Origin: Armatimonadota bacterium
GTDB taxonomy: Bacteria; Armatimonadota; SYMT01
NCBI GenBank assembly: GCA_041690135.1
Contig: JAWLHY010000013.1
Coordinates: 116,921-180,920, forward strand
Reading direction: 5' to 3'
Length of the DNA: 64,000 nucleotides
Shown: piece after piece, positions 40,257-48,901 of the stretch
How positions within the stretch are numbered: the first letter of the stretch is position 1
How the letters are laid out: every line of letters begins with the position of its first letter
Notes under the pieces: generated by a model
The model's database searches: none
The model's input: the letters and a program-made list of their open reading frames with translations, nothing else
What the model was told of the DNA's origin: nothing
Program-made: the position numbers and the translations under genes

Positions 40257-40850
40257 ATGACCAAACCGGCGGTGGTTCCTGAAGCCGAGGCGCGCGCGCG
40301 GATCCTGGGAGCCGCCGAACGCTTCTTCGCGGAGAAGGGTTACGCCGCGACCGCTGTCCACGAAATCACGGACGCCGCCGGAGTCAATCGCGCCCTCCTC
40401 TACTACTACTTCGAGGATAAGCACAGCCTCTACAAGGCGGTTCTGGAAGAGGGCACGGCCGAGTTCGACCGCATGCTCGACCGCGCCCTCTCCCACGACG
40501 GCTCCCACGCGGAGCGCCTCACCCGGGTGGTCCACGGCCACCTCGGCCTGATCTGGGACCGGCCCTACCTTGCGCGGTTGGTCCACCGCTGCCTGCTCGA
40601 CGGGCTCCAGAAGGAGTTCGGCCTGCTGGAGAAGTTCTCCAGCTGCGTCAATCGCATGGAGACCTTCTTCCGCGAGGGGATGGAGGCGGGTGCGTTCCGT
40701 CCGGTGGATCCCCAGATCATGGCGCGGACCTTCCTGGGTCCCACCTTCGTGGTCGCCCTGTGGCGCCTCTCCGAAGGCGAGATCTTCCCGCGCGAGCAGA
40801 TCGCCGACCAGATCGCGGTAATGCTGCTCCGGGGGATCGCGTCGGATTGA
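40257..40850 (+). CDS. TetR/AcrR family regulator
   Basis: RILGAAERFFAEKGYAATAVHEITDAAGVNRALLYYYFEDK. Confidence 0.93.
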   Translation: MTKPAVVPEAEARARILGAAERFFAEKGYAATAVHEITDAAGVNRALLYYYFEDKHSLYKAVLEEGTAEFDRMLDRALSHDGSHAERLTRVVHGHLGLIWDRPYLARLVHRCLLDGLQKEFGLLEKFSSCVNRMETFFREGMEAGAFRPVDPQIMARTFLGPTFVVALWRLSEGEIFPREQIADQIAVMLLRGIASD

Positions 40851-41179
40851 CGGTATGGCGTGGGTGGTAAAGAGCGGAGATCGAAATCCAACGCTCGCCC
40901 GCAGTGCTTCGTACCGTAGGGAATGTGACGCCGTTCCATTCCGCAGGCGGCAAAGCTGAAGCTGTTGCGCCAAACCGGACCGGAACCTGAGCCACTACGA
41001 GTTGGCAGAACAGACTCCGATTCAATCCCACGGAACGCTACGATACACCCGGCGAAGTTAGGGCGAGACGTTCCCTACGAGTGCCGCATTCGAAATGCTT
41101 GCCGGGAGACCCGACCCGCGCCGCCGGACATGCCCTGCCGACGTGCGAATATGATTGCCACCCATCGGATGCATCACTC

Positions 41180-41218
41180 AAAAAAATGGCGGGCCGAGAA
41201 CGTATACTCGGCCCGCCG
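41180..41218 (-). terminator. Intrinsic terminator for the minus-strand Cys-rich gene; a perfect 34-bp palindrome at 41230-41263 lies just upstream of it
   Basis: GGCGGGCCGAG/CTCGGCCCGCC stem with A7 on + (U-tract on -); GGTAGGGGAGGGAACTG|CAGTTCCCTCCCCTACC. Confidence 0.7.
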
Positions 41219-41276
41219 TCCTTCCAAGAGGTAGGGGAGGGAACTGCAGTTCCCTCCCCTACCCTAGCCGCTCTCG

Positions 41277-41831
41277 CTACTTGGCGCTCTTGGGGGCGCA
41301 GCAGCCGGCCTTTGCCGGGATGGCCGCGGCCTTCTTTGCCTTCAGGTCACAGCAGGCGGCGGCCGTCTTGCAGCATTCGGCGTTGCCGTTCCGGCAGCAG
41401 TCCGCAGCGGCCGCCACGCAGCATTCGGCGTTGCCGGTTTCGCAGCAGGCCAGGCTCGCCTTGCAGCAGTCCGCGTCATTTGCCACGGAAACTGGGGTTG
41501 CGGCCTTTGCCTTGCAGCACTCGGCTCCGGGCTTCTGGCAGCAGTCCTTCTTCTGGACACAGCAGTCCTTGGCCGCGGGCTTGCAGCACGGCTTGTTCTC
41601 GGCGCAGCAGGCGGCCTTCTTCACGCAGCACTGGGGTGCGGCGGCATGCTGGTGCTGCGCTTTGGCTGCGGCATGGTGCGCCGCATGACCCTGGGCACAG
41701 CAGGCCGGTTTAGCCGCGTTCCCCGTAGACTGCTTCGGTCCGGCCGCCACGAAGGCAGCGGGCATGGCAAGCAGGGCCAGGGCAATCCCGAATACGCGCG
41801 GCTGAAGGGCAACAGAATTCTTTCCAAACAT
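41277..41831 (-). CDS. Secreted Cys-Cys repeat, metallothionein-like protein
   Basis: AAGGA SD; signal peptide; 14 CC doublets (28 Cys) plus a His patch in 184 aa. Confidence 0.8.
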   Translation of the reverse strand: MFGKNSVALQPRVFGIALALLAMPAAFVAAGPKQSTGNAAKPACCAQGHAAHHAAAKAQHQHAAAPQCCVKKAACCAENKPCCKPAAKDCCVQKKDCCQKPGAECCKAKAATPVSVANDADCCKASLACCETGNAECCVAAAADCCRNGNAECCKTAAACCDLKAKKAAAIPAKAGCCAPKSAK

Positions 41832-41960
41832 CGTAGCAGATCCTTTCCGCCCCGTGGGCGGGTAACGAACTTGGCGAACAGACGACAGGGGTGCTGTGCG
41901 GAAACGGCAGGCGTTCCGCGAGGCCCGGTGGCGGCACGAGGCCGCGGTTGTGTCGGATCG

Positions 41961-42410
41961 CTACGAAGTGGGCGGGGCGCGCGAAGGGCGCTCCAGGGCT
42001 ACCGGCGGCGGTCGATGGTCGGTTTCTTCCGGCCAGCCCGCGAAGGTGAAGGCATCCAGGACCAACTCCGGCAGCGGCGCCGCCAGCGGCAGCGCGGCTA
42101 CGCAGAGATCCTCGATCAATGAGCCTGTTGGTACGAGAGCCGCGAGATCCGGCGCAGCGGAAACGGAATAGCGGCAGTGGCCCAGCATGGGGCTCGCCGC
42201 TTCCGCTACGGGAGCTTCCGCTCCGTGTCGGCACGCCTCCACCGCGACCCTCGCGCAGCAGGAAGCTTCGCTCTCCGGCCCCGCGGCCTTACTCCCAGGC
42301 GCCACGACGCAGGGAGTGCCGTCCTGGCAAACCCAGGCCGCACGCACCGGAGCGACCAGCGCGACAGTGAATGCCAGTATGAGGATGAAAGCGAGATACG
42401 GCCTGCGCAC
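41961..42410 (-). CDS. RAPP-ending leader peptide (DUF2946/CruR-like), uORF 1
   Basis: GTG start, signal peptide, six Cys, C-terminus RPPPVALERPSRAPPTS*. Confidence 0.7.
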   Translation of the reverse strand: MRRPYLAFILILAFTVALVAPVRAAWVCQDGTPCVVAPGSKAAGPESEASCCARVAVEACRHGAEAPVAEAASPMLGHCRYSVSAAPDLAALVPTGSLIEDLCVAALPLAAPLPELVLDAFTFAGWPEETDHRPPPVALERPSRAPPTS

Positions 42411-42607
42411 GGCTAAATGACCCCAACCGGATCGATCCGGTTCCCTCGATGTGCTCTCAGTATTCCCGGTTTTCCGATACCGAACTGAACTCCGAGAATT
42501 ATCGTCGTGCTGGCCGTAGATTATCATGGAATTCATGAAAATGCACGCAAAGGACCCGGCGGTAATCACCGGGTCCTACGCGTGCCGTTCCGTATTGTGA
42601 TGGATGC

Positions 42608-42958
42608 CTAGGCTGCGACTTCTACCTGGCCGTGGTCGTCGCAGTGGGTGCCGTGCGGGTGGTGCAGGTGCCCATCCACCAGGTAGTCCACGTGGTCGCC
42701 ATGGGGCACCGCTTCGTGGCCGCAGCCGGGTCCGTGCTGGTGGCCCGGATCGTGGGCGCCGCAGTTATGGTTGGGCGTGCAGTCCGCCGGGTTGGCCGCA
42801 CCCACGGCCAGGGCATGCTCGTCTACGTGGTCGCCATGCATGTGGTGGAGGTGTCCGTCGTGGAGGTAATCTGTGTGCCCCTCGTGTTTGATGGCCGTAT
42901 GACCGCAGCCCGCTCCGTGCTGATGAGTGTGGCCCGCATGTTCCTTACAGTCGCTCAT
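42608..42958 (-). CDS. His/Cys-rich two-repeat metal-binding protein
   Basis: 27 His and 6 Cys in 116 aa; duplicated HxHGxGCGHxAxxHxxHxDYLxDGHLHHxHGxHxDxH; GGAG RBS. Confidence 0.85.
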   Translation of the reverse strand: MSDCKEHAGHTHQHGAGCGHTAIKHEGHTDYLHDGHLHHMHGDHVDEHALAVGAANPADCTPNHNCGAHDPGHQHGPGCGHEAVPHGDHVDYLVDGHLHHPHGTHCDDHGQVEVAA

Positions 42959-42979
42959 GAGTTGCTCCTCCGGCCGCCC

Positions 42980-43360
42980 CTAGCGGCAGTTTTCTTTGGC
43001 GTGCGCGATGACGTTGGTGATGACCTCCGCGACATGCCCGTCGGCCAGGAAGTAGTAGATATGCTTCCCTTCCCGGCGGGTAGCCACAAGGTTTTCGGCG
43101 CGCAGTACCCGCAGTTGCTGGGACACCGTCGAGAGCCCCACCCCCATGGCTTCCGCGAGGTCGGTGACGCACCGCTCCCCGTCGAGAAGTTGGTCCAGCA
43201 GCCTCAAGCGCGAGGCATCGCCCGCAGCCCGGAAAATCCTGGCTGCCCGTTCCAGTGCCGCGTCGCTGGCTTCGGCGCCCCGGGTCATTGCTCCCGCGTG
43301 CGCCTCCCCCCGGCAACCCGGCCCGCCTTCCAGGGTCTCTCGATCATCGCTTCCGTTCAT
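42980..43360 (-). CDS. ArsR/SmtB family metalloregulator
   Basis: FRAAGDASRLRLL, ERCVTDLA, STVSQQLRVLR, REGKHIYYFLADGHV...AHAKE (alpha5-type D/H/H/E site). Confidence 0.92.
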   Translation of the reverse strand: MNGSDDRETLEGGPGCRGEAHAGAMTRGAEASDAALERAARIFRAAGDASRLRLLDQLLDGERCVTDLAEAMGVGLSTVSQQLRVLRAENLVATRREGKHIYYFLADGHVAEVITNVIAHAKENCR

Positions 43361-43394
43361 CACTTCATTATATGTTGAAGTGATCGATTGTAAA
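43359..43394 (-). promoter_or_regulatory. ArsR operator overlapping a probable leaderless promoter
   Basis: ATCACTTCA-N8-TGAAGTGAT; minus strand TTTACA-N16-TATAAT ending 6 nt before the ATG; no SD. Confidence 0.7.
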
Positions 43395-43489
43395 CCGCAG
43401 ATTTGCAATCGTTTCGCCGAGGACGGGAAGCGCCACGCAGTGGATCGCGCACAGGATCGCCATGAAGGAGCTGAGGCTCGATCCGCGCA

Positions 43490-45841
43490 TCAGTGGGCCT
43501 CTCCCGCCGCGTGACCCCCGCAGCACCCGTGAGCGTGATGCGAGTGGTGGTGCGCGGAACTACAGCAACCACCACTCGCTCCCGCGTGCGTGTGCGGGAC
43601 CGTCGGAGCGGCCACGGCCTGGAGCATGGGCAGTTCCAGCCCCCGCGGCGCGGCTACGGCGTGAATAGGGAGCGGGCTGCGTACCGGGTTCATGGTTTCG
43701 GTCCGGCTGGAAGGCATCCCGGTAGAACCGGCGAGGGATGTCTTCTCCCTCCGTCCCAGGAGGCGACTGGAATTGAGCATAATCAACAGGTCCGGCAGGT
43801 TGTGCGCGGCGGCGGCATACACGGGCGGCAGCAGGCCGACGGCGGCCAGTGGGAGCCCGCAGAGATTATAGAAGGCACTGAAGAACAGGTTCTGCCGGAT
43901 GGTGCGGACCGCCTTGCGGCCGATCCGGATCGCCTCCGGCACCAGGCGCCAATCGTCCCGGAGCAGGGTCAGGTCCGCCGCCTCCAGCGCCACGTCCACG
44001 CCTCGTAACCCCATCCCCACCCCCACGTGGGCCTGGGCCAGGGCGGGGGCGTCGTTGATTCCATCGCCCACCATCATCACCCGGCATCCGCTCGCCTGGA
44101 GCTCGCGGATAACCGCCGTTTTCCCCTCGGGCAACAGGCCCGCCCGGCATTCCACTCGCAGCGCGTCGGCCACGCGCCGCGCGGAAGCTGGGTGGTCGCC
44201 GGTGAGCATCAGGACGCGGCGGATACCCAGCGAGCGGAGCTCCTCCAGCGCCTCCCGCACTTCCGGACGCGGCGTATCGGAAAGCGCGATCCAACCGGCG
44301 AGCCTTCCCGCGCGCGCTACCAGCAGGACCGTTCTTCCCTCGTCCTGAAGCTGGCACACCCGCTGCTGGTTTCGCTGCTCGATCGAAATGCCCTGTTCTT
44401 CCAGCAGCCGGGTATTGCCCACCAGCCAGCGTTCACCCGCGATGCGCCCTTCGACGCCGCGCCCCGGGTGGGCCTGGAAGCTTTCGGCGTGGCCCAGGTG
44501 CAGGCCTTGGTGCCGGGCGTATCGCACCACCGCCTCCCCCACCGGGTGTTCGCTTTGCCGCTCGAGGCCGGCCACCGCCGCCAGCATCGCCGGAGCGGAG
44601 CCTCCATTGACGGTCTCCAGCGCGGCGACTTCCAGTTGTCCGGTCGTCACGGTACCTGTCTTGTCGAGCACCACGGTATCGACCGTTGCCAGTTGCTCCA
44701 GGGCGGCGCCTCCCTTGATGAGCAGGCCGCGCCGGGCCGCGCTGCCGACGCTGGCGATGACGACCACCGGGGTGGCCAGGGCGATGGAGCAGGCGCAGGC
44801 GGTCACCAGCACGGCAACCGCGTTCTCGATCCGGTGTGAGAGGAAGAAGGTAGCGGCCGCGAAGACCAGGATGCCGGGTAGGTACCAGGCGGTGAACCGG
44901 TCGGCAAACCGCTGGGTACCGGATTTGCGGGACTCCGCCTCTTCCACCAGGCGGATGATCCCGGCGAAAGTGGTATCCGCCCCCACCCGGGTCGCTTCGA
45001 TCTCCAGGCTGCCGGCCTGCACCAGCGTGGCCGCGAAGACGGGATCTCCCGGCTTCTTGTCGACGGGAAGAGACTCCCCGGTTACCGTGGACTCGTCGAC
45101 CGGCGCCAGCCCGCGGAGCACCGTGCCGTCCACGGGCACGCGCTCGCCGGGACGAACGAGGATGCGGTCGCCCACGGCCACTTCGGAAATGGGCAGTTGC
45201 CGCTCCGTAGCCCCTTCCAGCACGCGCGCGGTGGCGGGGCGCGAGGCGACCAGGCGCTGCAGGGCTTCCCGGCTACGGCCGGCGCACAGCGCTTCGAGCC
45301 GGTCCGCCACGTGCATGAAGAACAGCACGATCCCCGCCGTGACCCACTCCCCGGTGGCCGCGGCCGCCGCCATTCCGAGGACCAGCAGCGAGTGACTGGT
45401 GAGCCGTCCCCGCATCATCCCCCGGCCGACTGCCAGGAATTGCTTCCAGCCCGCCGCCAGCAGGGCCGCGGCTTTCACCGCCGCGGGCACGGGTGCAAGC
45501 AGGCGGTCGAACAGGCCCAGGTGCTCCCCCGTGGCCAGCAGGAGCACCGCGGCCGTTATCCCGGCCAGCATCTCCCAGCCGGGAAGCCGTTCGGTAGCCG
45601 GGGCGGAAGTTGTCACCACCTCTTCCGGCACCTGATAGCCCGCGCGGGTAATCGCCTCGGCCAGGTGGCGAACCTCTACCTGGTCGGGGGCAAACTCCAC
45701 GGTCGCCCGTGCGGCGGCGAGGAGTACGGATACCCGGAAGACGCCCGGAAGCCGGTTCAACAGCGCCTCCACCTCGGAGGCACAAGACGGACAGTCCATC
45801 CCCTGGATGGGCAGTTCCACGGTGGTAGTGGTAGCGGACAT
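43490..45841 (-). CDS. Heavy-metal P1B-type ATPase with non-canonical TM motifs
   Basis: GMDCPSC HMA; TGES; CAC in place of CPC; DKTGT; SEHP; GDGINDAP; YN; HNLPD; CC/His tail. Confidence 0.9.
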   Translation of the reverse strand: MSATTTTVELPIQGMDCPSCASEVEALLNRLPGVFRVSVLLAAARATVEFAPDQVEVRHLAEAITRAGYQVPEEVVTTSAPATERLPGWEMLAGITAAVLLLATGEHLGLFDRLLAPVPAAVKAAALLAAGWKQFLAVGRGMMRGRLTSHSLLVLGMAAAAATGEWVTAGIVLFFMHVADRLEALCAGRSREALQRLVASRPATARVLEGATERQLPISEVAVGDRILVRPGERVPVDGTVLRGLAPVDESTVTGESLPVDKKPGDPVFAATLVQAGSLEIEATRVGADTTFAGIIRLVEEAESRKSGTQRFADRFTAWYLPGILVFAAATFFLSHRIENAVAVLVTACACSIALATPVVVIASVGSAARRGLLIKGGAALEQLATVDTVVLDKTGTVTTGQLEVAALETVNGGSAPAMLAAVAGLERQSEHPVGEAVVRYARHQGLHLGHAESFQAHPGRGVEGRIAGERWLVGNTRLLEEQGISIEQRNQQRVCQLQDEGRTVLLVARAGRLAGWIALSDTPRPEVREALEELRSLGIRRVLMLTGDHPASARRVADALRVECRAGLLPEGKTAVIRELQASGCRVMMVGDGINDAPALAQAHVGVGMGLRGVDVALEAADLTLLRDDWRLVPEAIRIGRKAVRTIRQNLFFSAFYNLCGLPLAAVGLLPPVYAAAAHNLPDLLIMLNSSRLLGRREKTSLAGSTGMPSSRTETMNPVRSPLPIHAVAAPRGLELPMLQAVAAPTVPHTHAGASGGCCSSAHHHSHHAHGCCGGHAAGEAH

Positions 45842-46053
45842 GGAAAAACACCCTCTTCTGCCGCGAGCAGCCATGCCGGAATGCTGATTGTGCGGGCCTG
45901 GCGGCGACCGGCCGCGGAGGCGCCGAATCCCCCACCATGGGCTTTCCATCCGGAAAGGGCCGCGAGTAGGGGCCGAAACCCGGACCCCGCTCCGAAACCG
46001 CTACTGGAGGCAGCCGAATCACGAGGGGCGCGGGACGGGGGATCGCTTGAGGA

Positions 46054-46464
46054 TCAGGCAGCAGGGGGGCCGCGGGAGGGGCGGAGGGGGTGGCAACCGG
46101 CCAGGGTCGCCTGGGGGGAGATCGGGGAAAGCTCGAGAGCGCTGGTGGCCGTGGAAGCGTGGAAGCCGAGTGTCTCTGGTTTCGGCCGCGCCTGGGCGAG
46201 CCACGCGCACGCGGGACAGGAATGATCCCCGAAAGGCGCGTCCGCCTCCGCGTGCACCGCCGTGAGGACCACTCCCGGTTCCCCGGCGTGCGCAGAGTCG
46301 CCCGCGCACCGGTGACCGAGAACCCCGCCCGTCCCCGCAAAGAGGAGACAGGCAGCCAGAAGCCAAGCCACGGCCCGGGAGCAAGACAGCACAAAACCGA
46401 ACCCTGCCACAGGGTTCAGGTAAGGTGTCCGGGGCCGGTCTATCGCTCTCCTGGTACCACTCAT
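46054..46464 (-). CDS. RGPP-ending leader peptide (DUF2946/CruR-like), uORF 2
   Basis: Hydrophobic segment, GHRC, HSCPAC, C-terminus HPLRPSRGPPAA*; start uncertain. Confidence 0.7.
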   Translation of the reverse strand: MSGTRRAIDRPRTPYLNPVAGFGFVLSCSRAVAWLLAACLLFAGTGGVLGHRCAGDSAHAGEPGVVLTAVHAEADAPFGDHSCPACAWLAQARPKPETLGFHASTATSALELSPISPQATLAGCHPLRPSRGPPAA

Positions 46465-46515
46465 TGCCGAGAACGACCTATCCAACGTCGCAGCAGGCTT
46501 AACCACCCAACGAAT

Positions 46516-47481
46516 TCATCGGATGCCGTCCCGCTTCTCTGTAGGGATACTACGCGCTCTCCAGGGGACACTCCTCCCAAGTCCCGCGCGGTTGAGCACC
46601 TTTTCCAGAACCACGTCCGGACCGACCACTGCCAGCCCGGTTTTTGCCACCTGCACGGCTCGTTCCGACTTTCCGGAGCTGACGTAGCAGAGAGCGAGCC
46701 AGCGGAAGGCGTCGGTGACGGCGCCGAACTCCTCCTCGGACAGCGCGCGGTCGCGCTGGGCGAGGGCCAGGGCCTGGTTCAGGTGTCGTTCCGCGGCGAC
46801 GAAATCCCGGAAATAGACGAGATGGAACCGCCCGACCTCGGTGTGGATCTCGAAGGATTCGGGGTTATGCCGGAGCCCTTCCTGCAGGAAGCGCAGCCCG
46901 GCTTCCGCGTGCTTTCCCGATTCGCAGAGGATGGCGCCGCCCGTGGTGTAGCCGCGGATGAAGTGGGGGTCCAGCCGCGTCATCAAGCGGAAGAACGGCA
47001 GGGTCTGTGCCTGGTCCCGGTGGATCTCCATCCCCTGCTCATCCGAGTAAGGCTTCACGGCGCGCTCCAGATCCCCCAGGACGCCCCGGAAGTCTTCTTC
47101 CTTGCTGGGGATCGCGAGGACGTGCCCGTGATTTCCGTTCTCCTCCTCGTGATGCTCGTCGTGATGGCCGTCGTGCGCGTGTTCGGCCTCGCCGGCGGCC
47201 TCATCGTGCTCGACCCCGCCGTGGAGCACCTGTTCGCTCTTCACCCACATCATTCGCGCGAGGAGACGGCGCCCCTCCCACGTGGCCCCGGAAAGGGACG
47301 CTTCTTCCGAAGCCGTGGTCAACGGGCCGGAACGCAGGAAACCGCTTCCCGCCCCCAGCCCGATCAGCAGCGCGACCAGCGCCGTGCCGCGAATCAGGTC
47401 CGCCGCAGCCTGGCGTTTCCGCGCGGAAGCGTGGGAGCGGCCCGGTAGGAGAGACTCCGCCATCCGATCAGCGCTGGACAT
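46516..47481 (-). CDS. Membrane-anchored TPR protein with a His/Glu-rich insert
   Basis: N-terminal TM; EHAHDGHHDEHHEEE; TRLDPHF, FLQEGLRHNP TPR-like helices. Confidence 0.75.
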   Translation of the reverse strand: MSSADRMAESLLPGRSHASARKRQAAADLIRGTALVALLIGLGAGSGFLRSGPLTTASEEASLSGATWEGRRLLARMMWVKSEQVLHGGVEHDEAAGEAEHAHDGHHDEHHEEENGNHGHVLAIPSKEEDFRGVLGDLERAVKPYSDEQGMEIHRDQAQTLPFFRLMTRLDPHFIRGYTTGGAILCESGKHAEAGLRFLQEGLRHNPESFEIHTEVGRFHLVYFRDFVAAERHLNQALALAQRDRALSEEEFGAVTDAFRWLALCYVSSGKSERAVQVAKTGLAVVGPDVVLEKVLNRAGLGRSVPWRARSIPTEKRDGIR

Positions 47482-48304
47482 AGCTCTCCGGCTCCTGGAT
47501 CGATTCCGGCTGCTTCTTGGCGCGCTGGACGAACTCGTCGATGCAGGGCGGACAGCAGAAGCGGTATTCCTTGCCGCCGATGGTCCACACGAACCGGGGG
47601 TTTGCCTTGGTGGAGGTGATGGGGCAGATCCGGTCGCCCGGGCGCGGGTTCATGTCGTGGCTCGACTGGATGCCCCGGTACTTCGCGGCGGCAGACTGGG
47701 TGCCGTTGGCGCGGATGTCCGCCTCCGTGTACCGGCCTCCCGGCGTGGCGTACAGTGCGGACACCTCGTCCGCTCCCGCCCCGCCCGGCATGGAGAGCAT
47801 TTCCAGCATCTCGGGGTGGACTTCGTCGGCCCGGTGCGGCTTCAGCTCGAAACGCGCGCGGTAGCCCTTTCCCTCCAGGGGGAGCGTCATCGCCACGGTT
47901 ACGGGTGCGCCCACCAGGCTTTCCGGCAGCTGACCCAGGAACGAGGAGGACTGGCCGTTCGGGTCGCCGGGCTGGGGGTCGGCGCTCAGCGTGACGGGCG
48001 CGGATTCCACCTCGTCGTCGCCCTGCACCTGGGCCACTACTTCGGGGAGCGGGGCCGGCGTCAGCTGCGCTTCATCCTTCCCCAGGAGATACACCCGCAG
48101 TCTTCCGCCCTTCTCCAGCACGGCCTCTACGTGGTGGTTGCCGATCGCCTGGATCGCGCCGCCGTGGCGGCTGGAGTGGGCGTGCTCCTTCGCGTCGTGA
48201 GCCCTGGCACCCGTGCGGGATGCGGACAGCATGAGGACCGAACCGGCGGTCACCGCACCCACCAGTCCGAGGAGAGCAACTCTGGAATTCGGCTTGAACG
48301 GCAT
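47468..48304 (-). CDS. Secreted His-rich protein with a C-terminal YHS/TRASH-like domain
   Basis: Signal peptide; HAHSSRHGG...HHVE; CPITS...YRFCCPPCIDEF. Confidence 0.8.
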   Translation of the reverse strand: MPFKPNSRVALLGLVGAVTAGSVLMLSASRTGARAHDAKEHAHSSRHGGAIQAIGNHHVEAVLEKGGRLRVYLLGKDEAQLTPAPLPEVVAQVQGDDEVESAPVTLSADPQPGDPNGQSSSFLGQLPESLVGAPVTVAMTLPLEGKGYRARFELKPHRADEVHPEMLEMLSMPGGAGADEVSALYATPGGRYTEADIRANGTQSAAAKYRGIQSSHDMNPRPGDRICPITSTKANPRFVWTIGGKEYRFCCPPCIDEFVQRAKKQPESIQEPESYVQR

Positions 48305-48394
48305 CTTCTTCTCCGATGCAACAGTCTGTGCCCGGCACCTCTACGGATGGGGTGGGTGCCGTCAGCCCACGTCACCCTATGGTGGCATCTTACC

Positions 48395-48446
48395 TTAGAT
48401 TATTGAGGTAGTGTTTCATTAGATTCTTGAGGTTGTACTTCATTAA
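48395..48446. promoter_or_regulatory. Tandem Fur/Zur-like boxes in the divergent promoter region
   Basis: 24-bp direct repeat: TTATTGAGGTAGTGTTTCATTAG and TTCTTGAGGTTGTACTTCATTAA (TGA-N9-TCA). Confidence 0.55.
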
Positions 48447-48462
48447 ATCCTCGGCCTTGAGT

Positions 48463-48491
48463 TTGACGCTGGTTCTGGCATATGCTACAGT
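48463..48491 (+). promoter_or_regulatory. Sigma70-type promoter for the uORF3-porin-ABC transcript
   Basis: TTGACG-N17-TACAGT with extended TG, same layout as the ilv promoter. Confidence 0.65.
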
Positions 48492-48535
48492 ACTGCACTA
48501 CCCGCACGGGTCGTGCGAATGGAGTATAGCCTGCC

Positions 48536-48901
48536 GTGCCCGGCCTCTTTCGACAGTTCAAAAAGAGCCAGCGAAGCCTATCCGCCGTTCTGATCCTGGT
48601 CTACGTGCTCGCCCTGGGTCTCCTCACCGGAGGTCACCAGTGCCTCGCGGGGCCGGCAGCGGATGGGCGGCACGTGCACGTGGGTGCGGAGCAGGTACTC
48701 GCGTCTCTCGCGGACGACAGCCCGACGCATCATGCCTGTCCGGCGTGCACACTCCGGGCAGGCGCCGAGGCCCAACTCCAGATGGCCCCGGCGTTCCCAA
48801 ATCCCGCGGCGGACTACCGGCAAGTCCTGCCCCTTTCCGTCCCCGACTTCCTTACCCTCTCCTCGGTCCCCTACTCCCTCCGTGGACCTCCCGTTTCCTG
48901 A
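48536..48901 (+). CDS. RGPP-ending leader peptide (DUF2946/CruR-like), uORF 3
   Basis: GGAG RBS; signal peptide; HQC, HVH, HHACPAC; C-terminus PYSLRGPPVS*. Confidence 0.75.
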   Translation: MPGLFRQFKKSQRSLSAVLILVYVLALGLLTGGHQCLAGPAADGRHVHVGAEQVLASLADDSPTHHACPACTLRAGAEAQLQMAPAFPNPAADYRQVLPLSVPDFLTLSSVPYSLRGPPVS

